NCBI GenBank assembly: GCA_002496015.1
Contig: DAIF01000006.1
Coordinates: forward strand, 7,403-71,402
Origin: Candidatus Pacearchaeota archaeon UBA73
Lineage (GTDB): Archaea; Nanobdellota; Nanobdellia; Pacearchaeales; GW2011-AR1
Direction of reading: 5' to 3'
DNA: 64,000 nucleotides
Shown: piece by piece, positions 25,564 through 34,381 of the stretch
Numbering within the stretch: the stretch's first letter is position 1
Layout of the letters: the number at the start of each line of letters is the position of its first letter
Notes under the pieces: generated by a model
Seen by the model: only the letters and a program-made list of their open reading frames with translations
The model's database searches: none
What the model was told of the DNA's origin: nothing
Position numbers and translations under genes: made by a program

Positions 25564-27771
25564 TTACCCGCCCAATCCCCCGAGCGCAACACCTGCCAGA
25601 ACAGAGAGCACTGCGGTTGCCGCAAATGCGGTCAAAATATACAGGACAATTCCTATTCTCAAATTCCTTGCTAATTCATTTTTTTCTCTAAGGTTATCTC
25701 TCCCTGAATCTACAGTTACTAACGCGCCGGTCAAAATAAAGATTATCTCGATTATGTAAAGCCCGATGCTTAACTGGATATAATATGGCGGAATCATGTT
25801 TGGCAGACTGAATATTTCAAACAACCCTGCGAATCCTGTAGCTCCGAGGACATCACCACCAGTGTCTATCTGTAAGGTGTCAAGTTTGTTCAGGATGGCT
25901 GTGATCATAGCTGCAAGCCCTACAACGATTCCTGCCAAAAGAGGCGCCAGGAATGTCATGTTCGATTTCATATCGGATACTATTTCAGCAAGCAGGTCTC
26001 TTAGTCTTTCGTTTATCTTCTCAATGTTCTTGACATATTGTGAAATAGACATCAGAGATTGCGCTGCGATTTTCAAACCCTTCTTGGATGATTCTACTAA
26101 AATCCTTATTGAAGTCGCGATTAAAGCCGAAGGAAAGTAAATTATTGCGCCGCGCCTCGAATCAAAAACTGCCCCCTCAACACTCATCCCTCCCTGCTGA
26201 ATGTTCTGGCTCACATGCGAGAAGAACTCCGCGCTCTTCTGCCCTTGTGTCGAAGCCGCGACTCTCCCGAACGCAAGCTCTGCCGGCATCCCATCTCCTA
26301 GCCTATTTCCTAATTGAAACAGCGAATTCGCAAACTCCTTTTCTAATTGCTTCGTGCTATTTCTCGCTACAATAAGTTTCTTTGTCTTTTCTGAATACAC
26401 AAAATAAAACATCACTGCTAAACCTAGAGGAATAAACATACTTAGCAGTACCGCAAGCGTTCCAAACGGTCCCGTAGTTCTCCCTTCCTCAGTCTTAAAG
26501 TCAAATACTTTATCGTTCTCTCCCAAAAACCCAAGACTTAATTGAGCAAAGGTATAGTCGTTTTCAATTCCTAAAGAATTCGTTATGAAATCAATCTGCA
26601 AAATGAACGGCAGTGCGCCCAAAATGAAGAAAGGCAACGCGATAAGTATTCCCCAAATCCACGGCTTCTTTGAAGCATAGGTTCCATAATCTGGGTTCAG
26701 TTCAAGCGTGGACCCTTCACCGTAACCGCCAGGTCGCTTCAGCAAGACTTGCGACACCATATAAAACACGAAGAAAGGAATTATCACATTAAACAGCACA
26801 AATACGTGCGGCCAACGTATCATTCCCTGCAAAAGCGTCGAAGCCAGCGGCAGCATCGCAAGTCCCAGCGTCGGTAAAATAATTCCAAGCATATAAAGGT
26901 TAGTTAATGGTGATCGAATTTCTCGCGAATACTTCAGCATCTTCTCATAAACGCCGTCTAGGATAACTTCAAGCGCTCTCTCAAGGATTTCAATTCGTCG
27001 CGCCTCCGACGGTTCGACAAGACTGCTCTCGATCAGATGGAACGCCTCCACAAACTCCGGTGCGTAATCTCTCCAAATCAAAAGATAGTTCTCAAGCGAT
27101 TGTTTGACTGTGGAGAACTTGCCAATCTCGACGTCATAAAAAATCTTCTTAAAATCAAGAGCTAAGGGACCTTCGAGATGCTGGGAAGCGAATTGTATCG
27201 CTCTCTCAAGATTGGAAGTGTGTTTCATGTACACGACGACATAAAGTATCGCGGGCACCATCTGTGAAGACGCCTGCAGTTTCCATGTATTGGCTAACCT
27301 CTGAGGCAGAGTCGAAGTATAATAAAACACAAACAAGCTGGCGATCACTCCAAGAAAAAAGAGCAAGGCGACATCAGCAAAAGCCCTCGATGCCAAAAAA
27401 GCGTCTATGCTGGGAAAGCCAATCAGTACGTAGGCGACGATTAAAAGAAGCGTTCCAAAAAATACAAGAAACATCGACATCAGTGAGAGCGTCATCGCCT
27501 GTGACGGAGTCACATCAACGTGCGCTTCATCTAAATATCTCTGAAGTTTTATTCTGTCTTTCTCAGCGATTTTTATATTGACTATATTTCCTATTGACTG
27601 CGCCCATTTTTCATACGTACTGAGTTTAGGCTTCATGTCTCTCAAAAACTGTTCATACTCTCCGGAAACCCCTGCACTCCCCACAGACTTTTCTTCCATG
27701 TGAAGTTGCGACTCAAGCTTCTGGCTATATTTTTTCATAATGTCGCTCGCGGACGGTCTTTCAGATGCCAT
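25564..27771 (-). CDS. FlaJ/TadC-like polytopic membrane platform protein (two T2SS-F-like domains)
   Basis: Two repeats of a cytoplasmic helical domain followed by TM helices, e.g. LAFGRVAASTQGQKSAEFFSHVSQNIQQGGMSVEGAVFD. It diverges from the pilin gene array. Confidence 0.5.
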   Translation of the reverse strand: MASERPSASDIMKKYSQKLESQLHMEEKSVGSAGVSGEYEQFLRDMKPKLSTYEKWAQSIGNIVNIKIAEKDRIKLQRYLDEAHVDVTPSQAMTLSLMSMFLVFFGTLLLIVAYVLIGFPSIDAFLASRAFADVALLFFLGVIASLFVFYYTSTLPQRLANTWKLQASSQMVPAILYVVVYMKHTSNLERAIQFASQHLEGPLALDFKKIFYDVEIGKFSTVKQSLENYLLIWRDYAPEFVEAFHLIESSLVEPSEARRIEILERALEVILDGVYEKMLKYSREIRSPLTNLYMLGIILPTLGLAMLPLASTLLQGMIRWPHVFVLFNVIIPFFVFYMVSQVLLKRPGGYGEGSTLELNPDYGTYASKKPWIWGILIALPFFILGALPFILQIDFITNSLGIENDYTFAQLSLGFLGENDKVFDFKTEEGRTTGPFGTLAVLLSMFIPLGLAVMFYFVYSEKTKKLIVARNSTKQLEKEFANSLFQLGNRLGDGMPAELAFGRVAASTQGQKSAEFFSHVSQNIQQGGMSVEGAVFDSRRGAIIYFPSALIATSIRILVESSKKGLKIAAQSLMSISQYVKNIEKINERLRDLLAEIVSDMKSNMTFLAPLLAGIVVGLAAMITAILNKLDTLQIDTGGDVLGATGFAGLFEIFSLPNMIPPYYIQLSIGLYIIEIIFILTGALVTVDSGRDNLREKNELARNLRIGIVLYILTAFAATAVLSVLAGVALGGLGG

Positions 27772-27964
27772 CTCTTTTACCTACCGTCCAAAGACAAAAC
27801 TAAGTTATAAAGATTTACTTCGCAATGGCTTTGTTAAAAAAGTCTAAAAAACGCGTTGCGGGCAAAAATTTTGGCGTTACACGACATTGTTGAGGCCCAA
27901 ATCCTAAAATTCTGGTTTTAACATCTTTTCAAAAACTTTAATAACGTTCTTCACTAATTAAAAA

Positions 27965-28126
27965 TATGAAAAACAAAAAGGGTGATATCGAGTCCAGCAT
28001 ATTTGTATACGTTGTTGTCGCAATCCTTGTTCTTATTGCAGTCATATTAATCATAACCTATTTTAACAAAAGCGGCACTTCAGCCATGGAATTTATCAAG
28101 AACATCTTCAAATTCGGGAGTGGCTA
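27965..28126 (+). CDS. 53-aa pilin-like protein with class III signal peptide
   Basis: MKNKKG then a 22-residue hydrophobic stretch. First gene of the array and below the track size cut-off. Confidence 0.45.
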
Positions 28127-28957
28127 ATGCAAAATAGAACTGCCCAAATACAAACAAAATTTATCGCATGGCTCATTGCAATATTTGTTCTCATAATTTT
28201 AGTTATCACCGTATTCCTCTATCTTCAGAATAGCGCAGTTCTCCCTACGTTCAATAACACAAAACCTTTGGTTGAAGAATTGGGGATTATTCGTTACGAC
28301 ATAACAACCAGAAATGTAGAATATTTTACCGGCGAAGCATTTGTTGCACTTAAACCAAACGAAGATGTATTATTCAATCGCATTATAATTAATGAAAACA
28401 CCATAAAGATTGACTTTGAGAACTTTTGGTACGTAAGCGACAGAGAACAAAAAGAAATTCTCCTAAATTTCACTACCACAATGAAGATAGCAGAATGGTA
28501 TCAGGACAACCAGAGAGAACAAGCTTGCCTTCCCTTCACACTAAATGCAGTCGTAGTCCCGTATTACGCTCAAATAAATTCACCAAAGGGCCATGAAGTA
28601 TTATTAATTTTATTTAGCGGCGGAGATCCTGAAAAAATAAAAAGACTAGGGCTTTTTACAGTCACTCTAGAAAACAACCTCTGGATGAATAAAGTAGATT
28701 TTGATGAGTACTGTAATACTAAGCCGGAGGACGTTTGGAAGGACCTCTACCCTGAAAAGGACATGGTAATCTATAACGCAATAGTGCCGGAAGTGGTAGC
28801 TTGGAGAGACGCGGTCCTAAAAAAACCGCTTGCGGTAAGGTATGTAGATAGAGAAACAAACCAACGGGAAACAGTTTTCTTCTGCGTCACAAAGATGGAC
28901 TCTAAGTATCTGGTGATTGATTTCAGTAAACCAAAACAAGAGCATGACGTATGTTAA
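28127..28957 (+). CDS. N-terminally membrane-anchored protein in the pilin array
   Basis: N-terminal TM (FIAWLIAIFVLIILVITVFLYL). Its start abuts the stop of the upstream gene. Confidence 0.5.
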   Translation: MQNRTAQIQTKFIAWLIAIFVLIILVITVFLYLQNSAVLPTFNNTKPLVEELGIIRYDITTRNVEYFTGEAFVALKPNEDVLFNRIIINENTIKIDFENFWYVSDREQKEILLNFTTTMKIAEWYQDNQREQACLPFTLNAVVVPYYAQINSPKGHEVLLILFSGGDPEKIKRLGLFTVTLENNLWMNKVDFDEYCNTKPEDVWKDLYPEKDMVIYNAIVPEVVAWRDAVLKKPLAVRYVDRETNQRETVFFCVTKMDSKYLVIDFSKPKQEHDVC

Positions 28958-29076
28958 AAAATAATAAAGCCCAACTCGGAGAAAGCATCGTAAACTCTGC
29001 CCTTTGGTGGGCATTTATCGCAATACTGGTTGTCGTGCTCGGATTCATAATTTATTACCTGACGAAAATAACCTAA
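28951..29076 (+). CDS. 41-aa pilin-like mini-protein (MLKNNKAQ + TM)
   Basis: Overlaps the upstream stop by 7 nt. Hydrophobic stretch SIVNSALWWAFIAILVVVLGFIIYYL. Confidence 0.3.
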   Translation: MLKNNKAQLGESIVNSALWWAFIAILVVVLGFIIYYLTKIT

Positions 29077-29141
29077 TTTAACGTATGCCTAATTCCAGAC
29101 AGAGCCATAACTCTTATAAATTAGCCAAGATATATAATAAA

Positions 29142-30182
29142 ATGAAAAACAAAAGAGGTGAGCCTACTATGATGTTCTATATCGTTACAATCTCAGTTGC
29201 GATATTAGGATTTGTTATTTTACTTGCTTACCTCTTTACTTTAGATCCGCGCAGCCAGGAGGAAGATGTTCTTTGCAAACTCTCCGTTTTAACAAGGGCA
29301 ACTTCTCCCGATTTAGCCCAGTCATATATCCCTTTACGATGCTCGACAAAAAAAATTTGCTTAAGTGACAATTTTTTTGGCAGCGACTGTAAGGAATTTG
29401 CTGGAGAAAAAAACGTTATTTCAATTCGTCTTTCTGGAACAGAAGAGGATTTTGCTCGGACAATTGAAAAAACCTACACCGAAGCGATGTATGGTTGCTG
29501 GGATTCAATGGGCCAGGGAAAGCTTTCTCTGTTCACTAAAGGGGCGTCGGAAGTACTGGGTTTGGCAACAACGCAAGCAACCTGCGTAATCTGCTCCAGG
29601 ATCGCTATAGACATAAACGAACCTGAAAAAAAACAAAGGGTCTTGAATAAAGTTAATATAAATGAGTATATGCGAAGAACGCAAATACCTGGTCAGCAAT
29701 TTACTTTCTTGCAGGCATTTACAGATCGCTCAGTAAATTCATTCACCCCTATAAATAACGATGTACTTAATTCAGTATCAGAAATAGAAAAAGATTCGAA
29801 AGTAGAGTTTGGTCAAACAGATGAAATGGCTATTGTTTTCAGCCAAATCAAACCTCGGAGCTACACGGACACACTGAATAATCTCGGAACTGCAGGAGCC
29901 ACCGTCGCAGGAACTGCGTTCTTCACTCCGGGAATTGGTAGAATTGCAACACGGGCAATTTTTACCCTGCCAGGACTTGCAATTTCAGCAGCGGCAGCTG
30001 CAGGAGTCACCGCTTATTCTATGTCGACTGTTTACGAAGGCCGCGTCGCAGCTGCGGGTTATTGCGGAAAATTTACAACTGCCGATAGTGCAATGGATGA
30101 GGGATGCTCTGTCACCCAAATCGTCCCATATGACTTTAAATCGCTCAATCAAATATGTTATGCACTAGAGGGTAACTTTTAA
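29142..30182 (+). CDS. pilin-like protein (class III signal peptide, MKNKRG)
   Basis: Start chosen at the internal Met giving MKNKRGEPTMMFYIVTISVAILGFVILLAY. The track start at 29085 adds an unlikely N-terminal tail. Confidence 0.5.
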   Translation: MKNKRGEPTMMFYIVTISVAILGFVILLAYLFTLDPRSQEEDVLCKLSVLTRATSPDLAQSYIPLRCSTKKICLSDNFFGSDCKEFAGEKNVISIRLSGTEEDFARTIEKTYTEAMYGCWDSMGQGKLSLFTKGASEVLGLATTQATCVICSRIAIDINEPEKKQRVLNKVNINEYMRRTQIPGQQFTFLQAFTDRSVNSFTPINNDVLNSVSEIEKDSKVEFGQTDEMAIVFSQIKPRSYTDTLNNLGTAGATVAGTAFFTPGIGRIATRAIFTLPGLAISAAAAAGVTAYSMSTVYEGRVAAAGYCGKFTTADSAMDEGCSVTQIVPYDFKSLNQICYALEGNF

Positions 30183-30183
30183 A

Positions 30184-30825
30184 ATGAAAAACAAAAAAGC
30201 AAGTGTAATTCATGACAACCTTCTTGAAGTAATTCTCGCGGCATTGGGAATACTTTTAGTTGTAGGGGGAGGTCTCTGGCTTGCGTATAAAGTATGGACT
30301 ATCAACCAGGATCAAAGTGCAGAAAATGCGCAACAATTACTAAATGACATAGTAGCAAAAATTGAAGCAATCGAGGATGGGGACAACGCGACGATGCTTG
30401 CCCGTCGTATTAAGGGGGATTGGGGAATTATCGCGTACAAAAAAACAGATCCGATCCGCCCGGAAAAATGTTTCCTGCAAAATTGTATTTGTATTTTTCC
30501 ATTTGATTATTCTTGGTGGAAAGGACGCGGAAATGAATTTATCTTCAGCCCAGATTATCAAAAAATGGCGGAAAGCTGTCAGAAAGAAGGTTATGTCCGA
30601 TTATTCCAAGATAAAACAATAGAAGTCATAACCGTCGATGCCATTTCGGGCGTTCCGGATGGAATAGCACTTAGTTTACGGGGAGAAATAAAAACGAGGA
30701 CATATCCGCGTATTTATATCGGGGATAAAATGGGCGAAGGAGGGGTTTTACAACTGAACATAGATCGTAGGGAAAATTTAATTCAGGTTTGGTATGACAA
30801 AGCAACATATGATCCAACAAATTAA
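30184..30825 (+). CDS. pilin-like protein (MKNKKA signal)
   Basis: MKNKKASVIHDNLLEVILAALGILLVVGG. The start is 2 nt after the upstream stop. Confidence 0.55.
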   Translation: MKNKKASVIHDNLLEVILAALGILLVVGGGLWLAYKVWTINQDQSAENAQQLLNDIVAKIEAIEDGDNATMLARRIKGDWGIIAYKKTDPIRPEKCFLQNCICIFPFDYSWWKGRGNEFIFSPDYQKMAESCQKEGYVRLFQDKTIEVITVDAISGVPDGIALSLRGEIKTRTYPRIYIGDKMGEGGVLQLNIDRRENLIQVWYDKATYDPTN

Positions 30826-30826
30826 A

Positions 30827-31273
30827 ATGAATAAACGAGCAGTTCTTTCAAACACCCTCATTAGCACAGTAGTTGGGATAATGGCGATTGCAACAGTGGT
30901 TGCTGGGATATCAATTTTTCTGGTTTCCCAAAAAAATGCAGCAGCCGTCTGGGAAGATTATTACGCCAAAGAAATTTCTAGGGTTATTAATCTTGCCCGG
31001 CCCGGAGACGAAATTTCGCTCGATGTAACCAAGGCCGTCGGAATCGCAACAAAAAGTCAGGTAAGAAGTCAATCAGAAATATTCACATTTGACAATCCAA
31101 ACAATGAGGTTTGCGTGAAACTCGCTCCAAGCAGAAAAACCTGCTATCCGTTTTTCAACGATGTCGATGTTATAAATTATGAAACGCTCCCGGTAGGAGA
31201 CATAAAAGATGGAAAACCGGTTTCTTTGTTAAAATTTAAAGTTGCAGAAAGACCTGTTTTGGAGACAATATGA
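30827..31273 (+). CDS. pilin-like protein (MNKRA signal)
   Basis: MNKRAVLSNTLISTVVGIMAIATVVAGISIF. Start at the internal Met of track ORF 30794..31273. Confidence 0.5.
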   Translation: MNKRAVLSNTLISTVVGIMAIATVVAGISIFLVSQKNAAAVWEDYYAKEISRVINLARPGDEISLDVTKAVGIATKSQVRSQSEIFTFDNPNNEVCVKLAPSRKTCYPFFNDVDVINYETLPVGDIKDGKPVSLLKFKVAERPVLETI

Positions 31274-31746
31274 AAAATAAAAAAGCTCAAGTCGGAGAGC
31301 AAACAATGAACCTTTCACTCTTGCTCCAGTTAGGCTTTCTTGCTCTTGGAATCATCGCGGGTGTGTGGATTTTCTTTTACAACTCCGGATACGACTTTCG
31401 AAGTATTGACGCGGAACTGTTAAATTCGCGGCTTCAGAGCTGTTTCAGACAGAACAATCTTAATTTCTCGCTTCCTCGGGAGGAATTTTTCAAAGAGCTA
31501 TTCGAAACCTGTAAAATTGAACAGCAAGAGATTACAGATGACTGGGTAATCGCAATTTACATCGACGAACTGTCAGAGCCAAAATATAAACACGGAGACC
31601 CCCTATCTTGCCAGCTCCAAAGCAAAAATGAAGGTCTGCCACGCTGTGTCGAAAGCACTTTCCAGATAACGATAAACGAAAAAACCGCGACGATAACTCT
31701 CTACACTGGCACAAATCAGCGATCAATCGTCAGGAGGACAGTTTAA
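31270..31746 (+). CDS. pilin-like protein (MKNKKA signal)
   Basis: MKNKKAQVGEQTMNLSLLLQLGFLALGIIAGVWIF. ATGA overlap with the upstream gene. Confidence 0.55.
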   Translation: MKNKKAQVGEQTMNLSLLLQLGFLALGIIAGVWIFFYNSGYDFRSIDAELLNSRLQSCFRQNNLNFSLPREEFFKELFETCKIEQQEITDDWVIAIYIDELSEPKYKHGDPLSCQLQSKNEGLPRCVESTFQITINEKTATITLYTGTNQRSIVRRTV

Positions 31747-31748
31747 CA

Positions 31749-32396
31749 ATGAAAAATAAAAAAGCAGTTATGGGAAAAATCATCATGGGCATCCCGGTTT
31801 GGATTATTCTCTTAATTCTAATTTTGGTATATTTAACCCTAGCTGCTTGGGCGGCAGCATTGAAGGGCCCACAATTCGAGCACGCAGCCACAAGTATAAG
31901 CCAAACATTCATTCTGACTGAAATAATCGAATTTGAGGAAGAAAAAATGTTAATAATTGATGCCCTGATGTTGGCACAGCAAGGGCAGGAGAAATACGAA
32001 AGAGTTTACAACGATATTCAGAACAAGCCAATGTCTCCGGAACAACGTGAGCAGGCACAACAGGAGATTCAAAAATATGCAAATTATCCTTGGAAAATTA
32101 AAAATGCGATAAAAAATGCTCTCGAACAAGAAAATAAGAATAATCCTAAAAATATGTGCTTCATTGTTTTTCAAGGCCCGAAAGCATTGACCAAAACCAT
32201 TGAACTAAATGCAAATGAGAAAGATACATTTATCAAAATAGAAAACGGAATAGCTTCTATTCAAACTACCGGAGAATTAGATGTCCAATACTATGAAGAT
32301 AATAATTACCTTGCTCCCTTGACCCAGATTATCCTACCCGAAACTAATGAGCGCCTGTCTTTCAAATATTATTATGGAGAATGCATGCATGAATAA
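31749..32396 (+). CDS. pilin-like protein (MKNKKA signal)
   Basis: MKNKKAVMGKIIMGIPVWIILLILILVYL. Confidence 0.55.
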   Translation: MKNKKAVMGKIIMGIPVWIILLILILVYLTLAAWAAALKGPQFEHAATSISQTFILTEIIEFEEEKMLIIDALMLAQQGQEKYERVYNDIQNKPMSPEQREQAQQEIQKYANYPWKIKNAIKNALEQENKNNPKNMCFIVFQGPKALTKTIELNANEKDTFIKIENGIASIQTTGELDVQYYEDNNYLAPLTQIILPETNERLSFKYYYGECMHE

Positions 32397-32838
32397 AAAA
32401 GGTGATATTCCTTCGATAATTCTAATAATTGCAGCAGGAGCTTTAGTAATCACAGGAGCGGTAATATTTGCTTTATTTAATGGAGAACTAGCTGCCCGCT
32501 CCGGAGATTATGCCTCGCTCATGAATCAACTTGAGTTCAATTACCAATATGCCCTTAAAAATTTTGAGATGATTATCGAACAAGCTGGAATACAATGCAG
32601 CTCTTGCGATGAAAATCAATTCAAAGAAAAAATAATCGAAATAGCGGCCATTAGAGAATCACAATTCCGTTATGAAAATCTGGGCAACGCATATGGCAAA
32701 ATTAGAAGCGGAGAGTTTACAGTCCAACAAAAAGAGAATGAACTACAAGTAATAATTGAAGACCTCTTCGTAAAAGCAGAATCAGGCAATAACCTCGCAA
32801 TAAGAAGTTATTCTTTTGCACGCGAAGTAGATATCTGA
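32389..32838 (+). CDS. pilin-like protein (MNKKG signal)
   Basis: Internal Met of track ORF 32347 gives MNKKGDIPSIILIIAAGALVITGAVIFAL. Overlaps the upstream stop. Confidence 0.5.
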   Translation: MNKKGDIPSIILIIAAGALVITGAVIFALFNGELAARSGDYASLMNQLEFNYQYALKNFEMIIEQAGIQCSSCDENQFKEKIIEIAAIRESQFRYENLGNAYGKIRSGEFTVQQKENELQVIIEDLFVKAESGNNLAIRSYSFAREVDI

Positions 32839-32999
32839 TCCACATAGATTCTGTCTGGAATTTATTGAGTTACCTTTGGTTAAGTGAGCACGTCCCGTGA
32901 AAGGCATCCATTATTGTTTCGCGCGCAGAGCGTCAGGACGAGATTGGAGGCAAAGCGAAATGAAGAAACATTTATAAACAAAAATCATTTATCTAATGC

Positions 33000-33623
33000 A
33001 TGAAAAATAAGGTGAACAAAAAAGGTCAAGACCTTTCTATTGGCACATTAATATTAATAGTCCTTGGAATTGTCGTTCTCGTCCTTCTAGTCTTGGGCTT
33101 CTCGATGGGTTGGGAAAACCTTTGGGAAAAAATCAACATCTTCGGAGGCGGAAGCTCAATCGGCACAGTTGCCTCTGCTTGCGAACTCGCTGCTCAGCAG
33201 GACAACAAATACGGCTACTGCCAGGAATTCAAAAGAGTAAAAGTCGGTCAGACCAATGAATACGTTAATTGCCAAGATACAAGACTGCAATCAAGCATAG
33301 ACACTAGACTGAACTGCGATCTGAACGAAGTCAATAATGCAATCCAAATGCTCTGTGATGGATTCACCAGCGACAGCGACAGAATAAATATAAGAATAAA
33401 TGGAAATACATGCAAAGAAAGATTTGACACTATCTACGATGCAACAGGAAAGAGAATACCGACAGATCCGGCAGCAGAACAACAACTTACAGCATATACA
33501 ACTGAATGTATGAGCAAACAAGGAACTGTGGATGATACGATCACAGGCAATTGCCCAGCAGGAAAGACATTAGTCCAAGTAGACGCGACACGACCACAAG
33601 GAAAAGTCTGCTGCAGAGCTTAA
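33000..33623 (+). CDS. cysteine-rich pilin-like protein (MKNKVNKKGQ signal)
   Basis: KKGQ|DLSIGTLILIVLGIVVLVLL class-III-like N-terminus and 14 Cys in the exported domain. Confidence 0.55.
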   Translation: MKNKVNKKGQDLSIGTLILIVLGIVVLVLLVLGFSMGWENLWEKINIFGGGSSIGTVASACELAAQQDNKYGYCQEFKRVKVGQTNEYVNCQDTRLQSSIDTRLNCDLNEVNNAIQMLCDGFTSDSDRINIRINGNTCKERFDTIYDATGKRIPTDPAAEQQLTAYTTECMSKQGTVDDTITGNCPAGKTLVQVDATRPQGKVCCRA

Positions 33624-33632
33624 ATTCTCATC

Positions 33633-33959
33633 ATGAACAAAAAAGCATTTGAACTCGCGATTTCAACACTGATTATAATCGTTTTGGGAATCCTCGTTCT
33701 CATTGCCATCGTCTACGCTCTGACTGGCGGTTTCAAAAATTTCACAAGCGCTACAGACCCTTTCATAGACAGCACTCAGGCAACCGCAGTCACACAGAAC
33801 TGTAAGAACGCCTGCGAACAAAACTTAACAATCATCTATTGCTGTTCTGAGTATGAAATTGACGGCAGACCTGTTAATTGTGCCGATTCAAGATTAGGTA
33901 TTGGATGCTCACTAAACTGTGCGGGATTTGAATGCGGCTCCCCGGAAGACGGTCAATAA
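33633..33959 (+). CDS. cysteine-rich pilin-like protein (MNKKA signal)
   Basis: MNKKAFELAISTLIIIVLGILVLIAIV and 10 Cys in the C-terminal 60 aa. Confidence 0.55.
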   Translation: MNKKAFELAISTLIIIVLGILVLIAIVYALTGGFKNFTSATDPFIDSTQATAVTQNCKNACEQNLTIIYCCSEYEIDGRPVNCADSRLGIGCSLNCAGFECGSPEDGQ

Positions 33960-33971
33960 CTTTAGATTAAA

Positions 33972-34109
33972 ATGTCAAGCCAAGATTATTCCTCAAAAAG
34001 AAAGACCAAGAACGACAAAAGAGCGAAAGCTCGTTACAAAATTTACAAAAAGGGAGGCTCCCAGCGCTCGACAAACATCAAGCTGACAAATGAAAAACAA
34101 AGTTGTTAA
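33972..34109 (+). CDS. 45-aa highly basic small ORF (Lys/Arg-rich)
   Basis: MSSQDYSSKRKTKNDKRAKARYKIYKKGGSQRSTNIKLTNEKQSC, sitting in a 420-bp convergent intergenic region. Confidence 0.2.
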   Translation: MSSQDYSSKRKTKNDKRAKARYKIYKKGGSQRSTNIKLTNEKQSC

Positions 34110-34381
34110 AGTCCGATTTACGTTCGACGTTAATAGGAAGAAACCTTTAATAGAATAGAGAAAATAACACAAAAGCTAATCTGGTCACAGGAGATAATTT
34201 ATTATTATGAAATATTCTCTCGTGGGATGTACAAAATTGGATGCAGATGGATCCACAAGTCCAGTACACAAAAGAAATTTTGCTCCATGAAATACTCTAT
34301 TTTTAGGTTTACAAATATTTTTGAAATATTCTGAAAAATAATCTAACTTACAAAAATATAATACATCAAAACAGCCAATTC

